A stretch of DNA of 64,000 nucleotides from Longimicrobiales bacterium (GCA_965226375.1 CBDDCX010000008.1:1536001-1600000); one strand, 5' to 3'. Counted from the first letter of the stretch, positions 21,436 to 30,395 are shown. Notes: generated by a model from the sequence alone, not told the origin. A program made the numbers and translations.

Positions 21436-23048
21436 CGAGTCCACGCCTTCTACTGCTAGGGCTGGGTGCGCTACTGGCCAGTTCCCTGGCCTGGAGGCCC
21501 GGGGCTTCCGTGGATGCCGTCCCACCGACGTCGGCACTTGTGGAAAGCCAGGCGGAGACCAGCACACAACCCCCCTCTCCGCCGAGCCCCGAGATCGAAG
21601 CCCTCCGCCGCGACCTTTCCGGGTTTCTGGACGGCACGCGGCTGCGCTCGGCAACGGCAGCTCGGCAAAGGGGCGTCCTCGTCGTGTCGCTCGACCGGGG
21701 CGATACGCTGTTCGCCAGGAACGAGAATCTTCTCCTGACCCCGGCCTCGAACATGAAGGTCGTGACCACGGCAGCCGCACTCCACTTTCTGGGCCCATCC
21801 TTCACCTATCCGACGTTCTTGCTAGGCGATGGCGTGGTCGAGGACGGCCACTTGCAGGGTGATCTGATCCTCTATGGAACCGGCGACCCGGGGATCTCAG
21901 ATCGATGCTTCCGTACCCGTACCCGTGTGTTCGAGGAGCTGGCGGAACAGCTGACCGCGGCCGGAATAACGCACATCGATGGCAACATTGTGGGGGACGC
22001 GACCTATTTTTCGGGGCCGGACCTCGGGCCGGAATGGAATCCGCGCGATCTGAACGAGCGGTTCGCGGCACCGGCCTCCGCCCTCTCGTTCAACGAAAAC
22101 ATCGTCACGTTGCGCATCATCCCCTCACCACGGCTCGGTGGCGTGCCCACGGTCGAGACCATCCCCACCGGTTTCCCGCTGGAGATGAACAACACGGCCG
22201 AGACCGTCGCCGGCAGGCCACGACCGAGGCTGTGGCTCGACCGACCCACGCCCACATCGCTCATACGCATCGAAGGCGAGATGACGCGGGGCGGTCCGGC
22301 CATCTGGAGGCGACTCACGGTGCCCGATCCAGCCCTGTTCGCCGCCCGCGCCCTGCTGGAGGTACTGGAATCGAGCGGTTTCGTCGTGAACGGTGAGGCA
22401 CGTGCGGTCCACAGAGCCGCCCGCTCACGCATTACCGACCGGGAAGCGTGGGTCCCGAGCCTTCCGGAAGACGAGGAGCCGCGGATTTTGGCCCGCCATA
22501 CGTCCCCGGAGATGATCCAGTATCTGAACGTGGTCAACCACGAGAGTCACAACCTGTTCGCCGAGACCATCTACAAGACCATGGGCAGAGTCGTCATGGG
22601 CCAGGGATCGTTCGAAGGGGGGGCCCGAGCAGTCCGCCGCTTCACGGCCGGCGAGGTCGGGCTGGACGATAACGATATCATCGCGGTGGACGGATCCGGC
22701 CTCTCCGAAAGCAACCGTGTAACGGCGGGTGGACTGGTGGCGATCCTACGCTACGTGGCCAGATCTCCCCAATGGGATGCATACCTCTCCACCCTCCCCG
22801 AAGCTGGTCGATCCCTACGCCGCATGTACCGGACCCGAGCGGCCAGGAATCTACGTGCCAAGACGGGCACGATCGACGGGGTTTCGGCCCTGACGGGCGT
22901 GGTCTCGGCGCGGGACGGTGAAAGGCTGCTCTTCAGCATCCTCTCGAACGAACTCACGTCCACGGGCGCCGCCAAGCGAGTGGAGGATCGAATCGGATCG
23001 AGGTTGTCGGACTTTCAACGGGCTGTACCCGGGGTACCCCCGCCCTAG
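21432..23048 (+). CDS. dacB: D-alanyl-D-alanine carboxypeptidase/endopeptidase (PBP4, S13)
   Basis: PASNMK (SxxK), SHN (SxN), DGSGLS, AKTGT. Confidence 0.93.
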   Translation: MTSPRLLLLGLGALLASSLAWRPGASVDAVPPTSALVESQAETSTQPPSPPSPEIEALRRDLSGFLDGTRLRSATAARQRGVLVVSLDRGDTLFARNENLLLTPASNMKVVTTAAALHFLGPSFTYPTFLLGDGVVEDGHLQGDLILYGTGDPGISDRCFRTRTRVFEELAEQLTAAGITHIDGNIVGDATYFSGPDLGPEWNPRDLNERFAAPASALSFNENIVTLRIIPSPRLGGVPTVETIPTGFPLEMNNTAETVAGRPRPRLWLDRPTPTSLIRIEGEMTRGGPAIWRRLTVPDPALFAARALLEVLESSGFVVNGEARAVHRAARSRITDREAWVPSLPEDEEPRILARHTSPEMIQYLNVVNHESHNLFAETIYKTMGRVVMGQGSFEGGARAVRRFTAGEVGLDDNDIIAVDGSGLSESNRVTAGGLVAILRYVARSPQWDAYLSTLPEAGRSLRRMYRTRAARNLRAKTGTIDGVSALTGVVSARDGERLLFSILSNELTSTGAAKRVEDRIGSRLSDFQRAVPGVPPP

Positions 23049-23055
23049 TGTTCGC

Positions 23056-23295
23056 CTAAGAAGCCCGACCTAGAGCTGAGCGCAATCGTCTGCGCAACTC
23101 GACGTCAGACATGGCGGCGAGCGCCCGTTCCGCCGTGCCCGAGCTGTTCCAGCGTACGTCCACGAGGCTCACACCATCGTCGGCGGCGCCCTCCACATGG
23201 AGGTGCAGGTAGTAGCGACCCTTGTAGTCCGTACCCGACTCCGATCGCACGGTCGCCACCCAAGCGCTTCCGTTTTCGTCCAGGAATTCAGTCAT
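23056..23295 (-). CDS. Small hypothetical protein (79 aa)
   Basis: MTEFLDENGSAWVATV...ELRRRLRSALGRAS; lies 47 bp downstream of the AraC-type gene on the same strand. Confidence 0.65.
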   Translation of the reverse strand: MTEFLDENGSAWVATVRSESGTDYKGRYYLHLHVEGAADDGVSLVDVRWNSSGTAERALAAMSDVELRRRLRSALGRAS

Positions 23296-23342
23296 GAGAT
23301 TGGATTGAAGGTGATCGTTTCGGACCACATCAGGCGCAGCGA

Positions 23343-24146
23343 TCAGGCGACCGAGATGCGCGACGTGGTCGAAGTCTCGAACCCACAATCTCGCAGAAAG
23401 TGTCTGAGCACGAAGGACAGCACCCCCCGCTCGGCCACCGTCGTGGGCGTTGCGCCGGTAAAACCCTTCAGGGCCCGTCGGAAGGCCGCACCGGACGAAT
23501 ATTCCAACTGGCGACTGACACTCTGCCCGGTCCGCCCGGGATCCCCCAGCCAATGCCCCGCATGGAGGAGTCGAGACCACACGAGGAGGCGTCCGATAGC
23601 CGGCAGACCGGTCCTCTTCAAGCAAACGCTAAGGAAGGGTCGCGACAGGCCCATGAGTTCGGAGAAGCCCTCGGCCGACCAGCACTTGTGAACCTGGTCC
23701 AGGACGAGCCGTAGTGCCTTCGACTCGCGTGGCGTGAGGTCGGGGCTGACCTCCCGCAGAACGCGCGAGGTCACACCTCGTTCTTGAGCCTTGTCGACAC
23801 TTCGGCGCAGGCGCCACGCCTGATCCTCACTGTTCAGGACTACGAGGCTTCGGAAGCCCAGGCGCCCCACCTCGAACAGTGTTCGTGGATCCTCCTTGTC
23901 GCCGGCCAAGAGCACGAATCCCACGCTCGGGAACTGACGGCGCACCCTCAGAAGCCGCTCCAGTCCACCGGGCCCCCATCCGAGCGATGTCAAATCGACC
24001 ATACACACACTCACAGGTCGCTCTCGAAGTGACAGTGCCAGCCAACCAAGCGTTCTGGCCTCGGCAACGTCATGCACGGTCGAGAGTGCCTCTCGGAGGC
24101 CGGATTGCACCTCGGGATTCCGGGTAAAAGTGCTTACAAGTGCCAT
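23343..24146 (-). CDS. AraC-type transcriptional regulator with degenerate receiver-like N-domain
   Basis: C-terminal double HTH (WSAEGFSELMGLSRPFLS...VSRQLEYSSGAAFRRALKGFTGATP); N-terminal REC-like pattern (VCMVDL...VRRQFPSVGFVLL). Confidence 0.82.
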   Translation of the reverse strand: MALVSTFTRNPEVQSGLREALSTVHDVAEARTLGWLALSLRERPVSVCMVDLTSLGWGPGGLERLLRVRRQFPSVGFVLLAGDKEDPRTLFEVGRLGFRSLVVLNSEDQAWRLRRSVDKAQERGVTSRVLREVSPDLTPRESKALRLVLDQVHKCWSAEGFSELMGLSRPFLSVCLKRTGLPAIGRLLVWSRLLHAGHWLGDPGRTGQSVSRQLEYSSGAAFRRALKGFTGATPTTVAERGVLSFVLRHFLRDCGFETSTTSRISVA

Positions 24147-24151
24147 GACCT

Positions 24152-24205
24152 TCGGAAAAGGTATACCCCTAGTCGGAAATGATTGCGGCACCCAAAGATG
24201 CCGCA
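24152..24205. promoter_or_regulatory. Candidate operator region between divergent AraC gene and peptide gene
   Basis: TCGGAAA direct repeats at 24152 and 24173 (21-bp period) flanking GGTATACC; inverted repeat TGCGGCA-N8-TGCCGCA at 24184-24205. Confidence 0.45.
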
Positions 24206-24278
24206 TCCACCTTATTAACGAGCTATACCGTCCAGTCCCCCCTCACCAGAGCCCATCTTCGGGAAGGAACCCGGTCTA

Positions 24279-24413
24279 ATGACGAAGCTTCGCCTCTTTT
24301 TCGCCGTCGCAGCCCTCTCGTTCGCGTTGAGCGCGTGCTCATCGCCCGCGGGCCTGGACTGCGCTGCCGGAGACAGCATGTGCCAGACACTCGCTCCGGG
24401 TGGCAACGGTTAA
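24279..24413 (+). CDS. 44-aa exported/lipoprotein pro-peptide (not in the ORF track)
   Basis: GGGAAGGA RBS at 24261-24268. MTKLRLFFAVAALSFALSAC-SSPAGLDCAAGDSMCQTLAPGGNG*: basic n-region, hydrophobic h-region, LSAC lipobox. Confidence 0.8.
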   Translation: MTKLRLFFAVAALSFALSACSSPAGLDCAAGDSMCQTLAPGGNG

Positions 24414-26224
24414 GGGCCCTGCGCTTCCGTTGAAACCAGCTGGTCCCGCATAGAACTCAACTCACTACGTACCCCCTCGATATCTTCGAGGGTCGTGGTA
24501 TCAAAGCTCGCACCGGCATCCTCGGCCACGGGTTCTCCCGCCCTGAGGGCTTCGAGTGCAGCCTCTGCCTGGAAGAAGATCTGGTGGTTGCCGTGCTCTT
24601 CGGAGTGCGTCTTCGCTTCGGTCATCCAACGTCCGGCGAGTTCGATATCTCCGAAGAGGCCGAAGGCTTGGCCTCGATTCAGAAGCAGTTCGGAGACCAT
24701 GAAGGACGGCCCGTTTCGCCATCCAGTCTCGTCCACGGCTTCGAGTCGATCCTCGAACTGTTTGCGACGGCCCAGCCGAGCCTCGATGTAGGCCAGGGCT
24801 TGTAGCGCATAGACCTTATAGCGGAAATCCTCCGTACGATGGGCCACCACCGTGTACGCGTCTTCCGCCGAGCCGAGCTCCCCCACCTCGACGAACACCC
24901 AAGCCAGGTCCGTCAGGGCGTGGAGCTGGTGCCGCTCGGTCGGATGGAGGCGAACGGCCTCCCACCCGTGGTGGATAGCCTTTCCGTATCGACCGGACAA
25001 CTGCTCGTCGGTCATGAGGTCGTGGTGGCCGAGTCCCTGGACATAGCCGTCACCGTCAGATTCTCCCCACTCGAGGCTCTGACGATGTAGCTCGAGGGCC
25101 TTAGGCAGATTTCCCTTCTCACGGGCGGTGTTCCCGAGCCCGTTCAGGGCCAGTGCGGACAGCCTGCCGTCGCCGAGGGCCTCACCAAGGTCCTGGGCCA
25201 CCCCATACCATTGCTCGCTATCCTCCCAGGCGCCGAACCGGCGATGCGCTCTACCGAGGAAACGGGCGGCGGGGCCGGCGATGGCCGCCGATCCACAGGT
25301 CATGGCGACCTGGTAGGCGAGGCGGAAGATCTCCCGGGCTCCATGCAGGTGTCCGAGCATGTCCACCCGGTCGCCCAACTCGAGGAGCGATCGGCCCAAC
25401 TCCACCCCGTCACCCGAGCCGAGGGCCTCCAGAACCGCGCTCCAGCTCTCGCGCTCGGGATCACCCGCGTCCACGGCGTCCAGCTCGCACTTCACGCCTT
25501 CGACCTGCTGTCGAAGCGCTTCGGGATCCATGGTGAGCTCTTCATCCAGCGCGGAGCGCACAGCCCGGGCCACCAGGAAGCGGGTGGCAATGCGGCGATT
25601 CGTCTCGGCATCGTTCTCCCGTCCCTCCAGGTCTTTGAGGACCGCCCATCCGGAGAAGGTCTCGCCTGCCGCTGGATCGGAACTCTTGCTGAAGCGCTTG
25701 GGACCCGTGGCCTTACGGTCCAGATCTTGATGGAGAACCACGGCCGCCGCCTCACCTGCGACGAACATCAACTCGTCGGTGACATCCACGGCCAATCGCT
25801 GTCGAGGGGTCAGCGAGTCCACGATGAGGAACCAAGCCCTGGTCCCGTCACTGCCCATAGCGACGCAGCAGGAACTGCGAACACCAGAGATCGGGATTTC
25901 TCCGGCCCGCTCGATATCCGGCTTGTCGAGCAGACCCGGTACGCCCTTACCCCACGCCACCCTGCACGCCTCTACCGCGAAGTTACGTCGTGGGGGCTTG
26001 CCCACGAGATCGAGCAGGCAGTGCACGTGAACCAGACCGGGCCCGTACTCATCGACCCATACGACGGCGGCCCGATCGGCCTCCAGCAACTCTTGCGCAC
26101 ATGCGAGATGCCCCAAAAGGCAGGAGCGTACAGGGTCTCCGCGGTAGAGCGCCGCGATCTCCTCTGACCGCTTTGCCCGCCCACTACGGTAATCTGAGAG
26201 TCGTGGAACGTTCGAAGTAGACAT
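24410..26224 (-). CDS. TPR-repeat protein with N-terminal GAF-like domain
   Basis: C-terminal TPR-like helices (ALALNGLGNTAREKGNLPKALELHRQSL, ALTDLAWVFVEVGELGSAEDAY). N-terminal GAF-like pattern (ADRAAVVW...VRSSCCVAM...WFLIVDS...DELMFVAGEAA). No HTH seen. Confidence 0.8.
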   Translation of the reverse strand: MSTSNVPRLSDYRSGRAKRSEEIAALYRGDPVRSCLLGHLACAQELLEADRAAVVWVDEYGPGLVHVHCLLDLVGKPPRRNFAVEACRVAWGKGVPGLLDKPDIERAGEIPISGVRSSCCVAMGSDGTRAWFLIVDSLTPRQRLAVDVTDELMFVAGEAAAVVLHQDLDRKATGPKRFSKSSDPAAGETFSGWAVLKDLEGRENDAETNRRIATRFLVARAVRSALDEELTMDPEALRQQVEGVKCELDAVDAGDPERESWSAVLEALGSGDGVELGRSLLELGDRVDMLGHLHGAREIFRLAYQVAMTCGSAAIAGPAARFLGRAHRRFGAWEDSEQWYGVAQDLGEALGDGRLSALALNGLGNTAREKGNLPKALELHRQSLEWGESDGDGYVQGLGHHDLMTDEQLSGRYGKAIHHGWEAVRLHPTERHQLHALTDLAWVFVEVGELGSAEDAYTVVAHRTEDFRYKVYALQALAYIEARLGRRKQFEDRLEAVDETGWRNGPSFMVSELLLNRGQAFGLFGDIELAGRWMTEAKTHSEEHGNHQIFFQAEAALEALRAGEPVAEDAGASFDTTTLEDIEGVRSELSSMRDQLVSTEAQGP

Positions 26225-26323
26225 CTACACCGGAATAAATAGCTTGTGGGGGGATCACTCCAAGCTAGGCGCCCCGAGTTGGAAAGACAACGGTGACGTT
26301 GACCCACCCCTCACGCCCTTTGA

Positions 26324-27310
26324 ATGACCCCTGATCAAGCCGAGGATCGGCCAGGAAGCCAAGCAGCGCCCGCTTCCCGGGTACTCGAGCCCACGTTTCG
26401 GGTCGACATCGGCCTGGTGACACTCTGTGTCATCTGGGGGGTGAACTTCTCGGTCATCAAGGTGGCCCTGGTCGAGATAGAACCTCTCGCCTTCAACGCT
26501 CTCCGCTTCCTCCTCGCCTCCGCGACCCTGTTCGTCTTGTTGAGATGGAGGGGGCCTGTCCCCATTCCACGCCGAGAACATTGGGTGCGGGTGGTCCTTC
26601 TTGGTCTCCTCGGCAACGTGGTATATCAGTTCCTGTTCATCTTCGGCCTCGACGGCACCCTTGCCGGTAACGCCGGCCTCGTCCTGGCGACGACGCCCGT
26701 GTGGACCCTGGTCCTATCCACCGTGCTGGGACAGGAACAGCACACGGTGGCTGTGTGGCTCGGTGTGCTGGCAACCCTGGGGGGCATGGTCTTCGTGGTC
26801 GCTGGCGGGGCCGGTGCCGCGGGCTACTCCGGCGGTATCCCGAGGGGCGATCTACTCCTGATCGCCGCAGCCGTCACTTGGTCCGTCTACACGGTCGGAG
26901 CGCAGGATTTGACGCGCCGCTACGGTGCCCTGGCCGTGACCTCGTGGACACTGTGGGTCGGCACCATAGTCCTCGTGGCGGCCGGCGCCTCGGCAGTAGG
27001 GCGTATGGATGTTCGCGCCGTCTCGCCCATGGCATGGACTGGAGTGGTCTACGCGGGCGTCCTGGCCATTGCGGTCGCGTATTTGCTGTGGAATTACGGC
27101 TTGGAGCACATCGGCAGCGCACGGACCTCCGTATTCTCGAACCTGGTGCCTATCGTGGCACTCATCACCGCCGCCATCTGGCTCGACGAAAGACCCTCCG
27201 CTCTGCAGATGGTGGGTGCAGCAATCATCATCGGAGGGGTGTGGATGGCTCGGGTGGCAAGGGCCAGAGAGGGAGAGTCCGCCGGAGAGGCGGCAACCGA
27301 AGGCCTCTAG
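26324..27310 (+). CDS. DMT/EamA family transporter
   Basis: IWGVNFSVIK, two EamA repeats, about ten TM segments. Confidence 0.92.
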   Translation: MTPDQAEDRPGSQAAPASRVLEPTFRVDIGLVTLCVIWGVNFSVIKVALVEIEPLAFNALRFLLASATLFVLLRWRGPVPIPRREHWVRVVLLGLLGNVVYQFLFIFGLDGTLAGNAGLVLATTPVWTLVLSTVLGQEQHTVAVWLGVLATLGGMVFVVAGGAGAAGYSGGIPRGDLLLIAAAVTWSVYTVGAQDLTRRYGALAVTSWTLWVGTIVLVAAGASAVGRMDVRAVSPMAWTGVVYAGVLAIAVAYLLWNYGLEHIGSARTSVFSNLVPIVALITAAIWLDERPSALQMVGAAIIIGGVWMARVARAREGESAGEAATEGL

Positions 27311-27314
27311 CCTT

Positions 27315-28112
27315 CTAGCCCGGCGAGCCCGACTCGAGCCTGGGATGATGCCGAACCTCGGGGAACTCGTACACGATAATCCCCTGGTTGGTCACGTCGG
27401 AACGGACTCTGAGCCCGTCGTCCATGCCCTCCAGCACGCTCTCGGCCGCAGCCAGGGACAGGTTGAGCGAGGCGGCCACTTCGGTCACGGTGAGGGTCCC
27501 CCCCTTTTCGGTGGCCAGAAGCAGCACGCGACGCTGTAGCCGCGTCATCAGGGCTCTCCGGCGATCCTGACGCGCTTTGAGCCCCCACCAGATGGTGCCG
27601 GTCCCGGCGGCCCCCAGTACGCTGCCCACAGCCACGGCCTCTAGTGCGAACGAGATAATACCGACCGAGATCATCAGCGCTGCGCCTAGGACCATACCCA
27701 CGCCAATCGTCCTCCGGACAATTCCCCTTCGGGGAAGCCCCTCGTCGGCCCCGAAGCGAGGGCGGGCACCAACCGGGCCGCCCCAGGCAGGCGCACGGGC
27801 CGCACCGGGTCCCAACACCGCCGCATTCTCCCAGCCCAAGCCGCACTGCGGGCAAATGCGGTGTTTTCGGCGAGCCAGCCAGTAGGCCAGTCCCCCCAAT
27901 CCGTACGTAAAAAGGGACACGCCGATGAGCAGACCCATGTGTCCGGGCCGCCTGAAATACTCGATGCCGTTTCCGACGTAGGCACAGCGCGGGCAGTTCC
28001 GCACGCCCATTCCGACCGGACGAACTATGGACCGAGATGAGACCGCCACCCCACAAGTGGGACAGGCGGTCTCATGCTCTCTCAGATGCTCACCACAGGT
28101 AGAACAGCGCAT
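27315..28112 (-). CDS. Membrane protein with zinc ribbons and C-terminal winged-helix-like domain
   Basis: CSTC/CPTC, CPRC...CPQC, three hydrophobic segments, C-terminal GGTLTVTEVAASLNLSLAAAESVL...IVYEFP. Confidence 0.7.
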   Translation of the reverse strand: MRCSTCGEHLREHETACPTCGVAVSSRSIVRPVGMGVRNCPRCAYVGNGIEYFRRPGHMGLLIGVSLFTYGLGGLAYWLARRKHRICPQCGLGWENAAVLGPGAARAPAWGGPVGARPRFGADEGLPRRGIVRRTIGVGMVLGAALMISVGIISFALEAVAVGSVLGAAGTGTIWWGLKARQDRRRALMTRLQRRVLLLATEKGGTLTVTEVAASLNLSLAAAESVLEGMDDGLRVRSDVTNQGIIVYEFPEVRHHPRLESGSPG

Positions 28113-28208
28113 TCAGCCTCGACGCAGGAGTCTTCCTCCAAGGTAGACACTCGATACTACGTGTTCGTTCCGGCAAAGATTCAGCCCTTTCACCGTCCCG
28201 CTCGGGTC

Positions 28209-30395
28209 CTAGAACAACCGCACCAACTTGAGACGCAGCCCCGCCTGAGGGGCAGCCACTCCACCCTCCCCGCCCGCCAAGCTCAAGGCCAATCCGCCCA
28301 CTCCGCTTCCCAGCAAGAAGTGTGCACCCGAAGACGACCAGAGCCGTCCATCGACGTGGAAATCCCCTACCGTGATGACGGTGGGGGCTAGCGAGTAGGA
28401 CCCGAGGCCCTCCGTAATGGTCTCGACCAAATCGACGCCGGGGTACTCGAGCATCGGGCGGACCGGGAGCAGGCTGTTGCCCGAGAGCTGGTCTTCCACA
28501 GCGACCGCAGCATTCCAGTCCGAGAACAGATCTTCCCAGGACGAGCCCGTCACCGCTTCAACGTTGTCGATTCCTGTACGCGTGGTCCGGGTCAGCGACC
28601 CCAGCAGAGCGTCGCTTCCCGCCTGATCCCTCAGGTAACGTAGGTACATCCACCCGGCACCCCGTTCTCCGAGCGTCCCCTGGCCGGTAACCACGATCAA
28701 GCTCACGTCAGCTGGATCCGAGAGAAACTGATTCGCTCTTCGCCAATTACCCTTCTGGTAGTCCTCCGCCTCGGAGCTTCCGCGTCGACGCAGTTCTTCC
28801 CCGACAAGGTCCTCACCCATCTGGGCCAGTCCCTCGGAGAGCCACAACGCATCGGCACGCTCACCGCCGAGGTTGATGATCCGTTCGTTGTGGTGGATCA
28901 TGTGTTGGAGCTCATGTGCGAGAACGGCCGGTACGGTGCTTTGGATGAGGCTCAGGCTCTGTACGTTCCCATACTGCCCCGTGGGATCGGGGACCATGAC
29001 GTAGAAGACCTCAGCCGCGTTGCTGTTTTCGGCCTCCGTGAACAGGTCGAGGCCGAAGAAGAACCCACCGACGAACTCACCTGAGCCCGGTGTTGACAGC
29101 CGGTTGACGCTGGGGGTGAAGAGAATGATCACTTTGTCGTTGTCGTCTACGTCGGACGTAGCTCCGAAGACACTCGTGTCCACCGTGTAGATCGGGTCGT
29201 CGAAGAGCGTGCCAAAACGCTCAATATCTTCCTGTGGAAGGCTGGCTAGCACCTCGACATCGACATACAGCATGGCTCGCTCCGAGGTCATCCGGAGCTC
29301 GGCCGTGACCTGATCGAACTCGCCGTCGCCGCGCACGACCTGAAAATCTCTGCGATCCCCAAGGTCGGGCGCTCGCTCTGAAGGCGAGAGAGCGGGTTCC
29401 TCTCCCGCCGATCGCTTTTTCCTGAGGAGCTGCTTTTCGAGACCTCTGAGGAACACTTTCCAATTTTCGCGTGCGGAGCCGGTTCCAGCGGAAGGGTTCG
29501 TGTCCACACGCGACGGCATGACCATGCGGGCCGGCGGAGCCACACCGCGCGACGCCACGCCCTGGGGCGTCTGCCTCAGACCCGTCAGCCGATAGTCGAA
29601 GCGCGCCGCGCCGATCGTGCTTACCGACTGGGCCACGGCCAGCCAGTTCCCCGCCGCGAGACGGACACACGAAGGGGCCTCTTCGACGACCACGGTCGTG
29701 TCGCCGCCGAAGTCGAAGTCCAGCACCTCGCCGGAGGCCTGAACGGCCAATGGGAGGACACCGCTCACCTCGCCTCCCAGCCGCACCGACACATCCACTT
29801 CTCTGCTGGGCAGACACGCCGGGACCTCCACGGACATCTGCGTCGGCTCAGCCACGAGCACGGATCCACGAATCCCGGAGAACAGAACAACGTTGTGAGA
29901 CGCAATCGCGCTGAAGTTGTCTCCCTCGAGAGTGATGACCTGCCCGGCATCCGCAGCGGGCGTGGAGAGCGAGGTGAGCTGCGGAGGTAACACGGCCCAC
30001 GCCTCGAATTCGACCAGCCGCTCCGGTTGGTCTCGAAGGCGTGCCTCTACACGGTAGACTCCCAGCGCCGCACCCAGACGCAACTGCACGGTTGCGAGCC
30101 CGGTGGAGTCGCTGTGTGTGGTGGCCGGCTCCAAGACGGCCCCGGAGCCCTCGACGACCGTCCAGTCGACCACCACGTCCTCCGCTGGTCGCCCATCACC
30201 GAGTTGTTGAACGGCCACGATGAGGGGATCGATGAGCAGCTGGTCGGTCGGTCCGAATTGGCCGCTCCCCGACACGGCCACCAGCTCGACCTCCGCCGTG
30301 GGCGGTTGAGTCGGGCCGTCCTTGGAACAGGCCACGATGCTCAGGGAGGTGACAAGGGTGACTCCGGCGAGGAGTCTGTGTAGAAGTGTGTCCAT
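28209..30395 (-). CDS. Lipoprotein with Ig-like and IPT/TIG domains and a gluzincin (HEXXH) metallopeptidase domain
   Basis: IVAC lipobox; Big-like domain; TIG (GQVITLEGDNFS); VLAHELQHMIH plus WLSEGLA third ligand. Confidence 0.8.
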   Translation of the reverse strand: MDTLLHRLLAGVTLVTSLSIVACSKDGPTQPPTAEVELVAVSGSGQFGPTDQLLIDPLIVAVQQLGDGRPAEDVVVDWTVVEGSGAVLEPATTHSDSTGLATVQLRLGAALGVYRVEARLRDQPERLVEFEAWAVLPPQLTSLSTPAADAGQVITLEGDNFSAIASHNVVLFSGIRGSVLVAEPTQMSVEVPACLPSREVDVSVRLGGEVSGVLPLAVQASGEVLDFDFGGDTTVVVEEAPSCVRLAAGNWLAVAQSVSTIGAARFDYRLTGLRQTPQGVASRGVAPPARMVMPSRVDTNPSAGTGSARENWKVFLRGLEKQLLRKKRSAGEEPALSPSERAPDLGDRRDFQVVRGDGEFDQVTAELRMTSERAMLYVDVEVLASLPQEDIERFGTLFDDPIYTVDTSVFGATSDVDDNDKVIILFTPSVNRLSTPGSGEFVGGFFFGLDLFTEAENSNAAEVFYVMVPDPTGQYGNVQSLSLIQSTVPAVLAHELQHMIHHNERIINLGGERADALWLSEGLAQMGEDLVGEELRRRGSSEAEDYQKGNWRRANQFLSDPADVSLIVVTGQGTLGERGAGWMYLRYLRDQAGSDALLGSLTRTTRTGIDNVEAVTGSSWEDLFSDWNAAVAVEDQLSGNSLLPVRPMLEYPGVDLVETITEGLGSYSLAPTVITVGDFHVDGRLWSSSGAHFLLGSGVGGLALSLAGGEGGVAAPQAGLRLKLVRLF

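Noticed and set aside
24279..24413. RiPP biosynthetic cluster around the small Cys-containing peptide
   Set aside because: No radical SAM, YcaO, LanM/LanB or peptidase-transporter gene nearby, and the leader looks like a Sec/lipoprotein signal.
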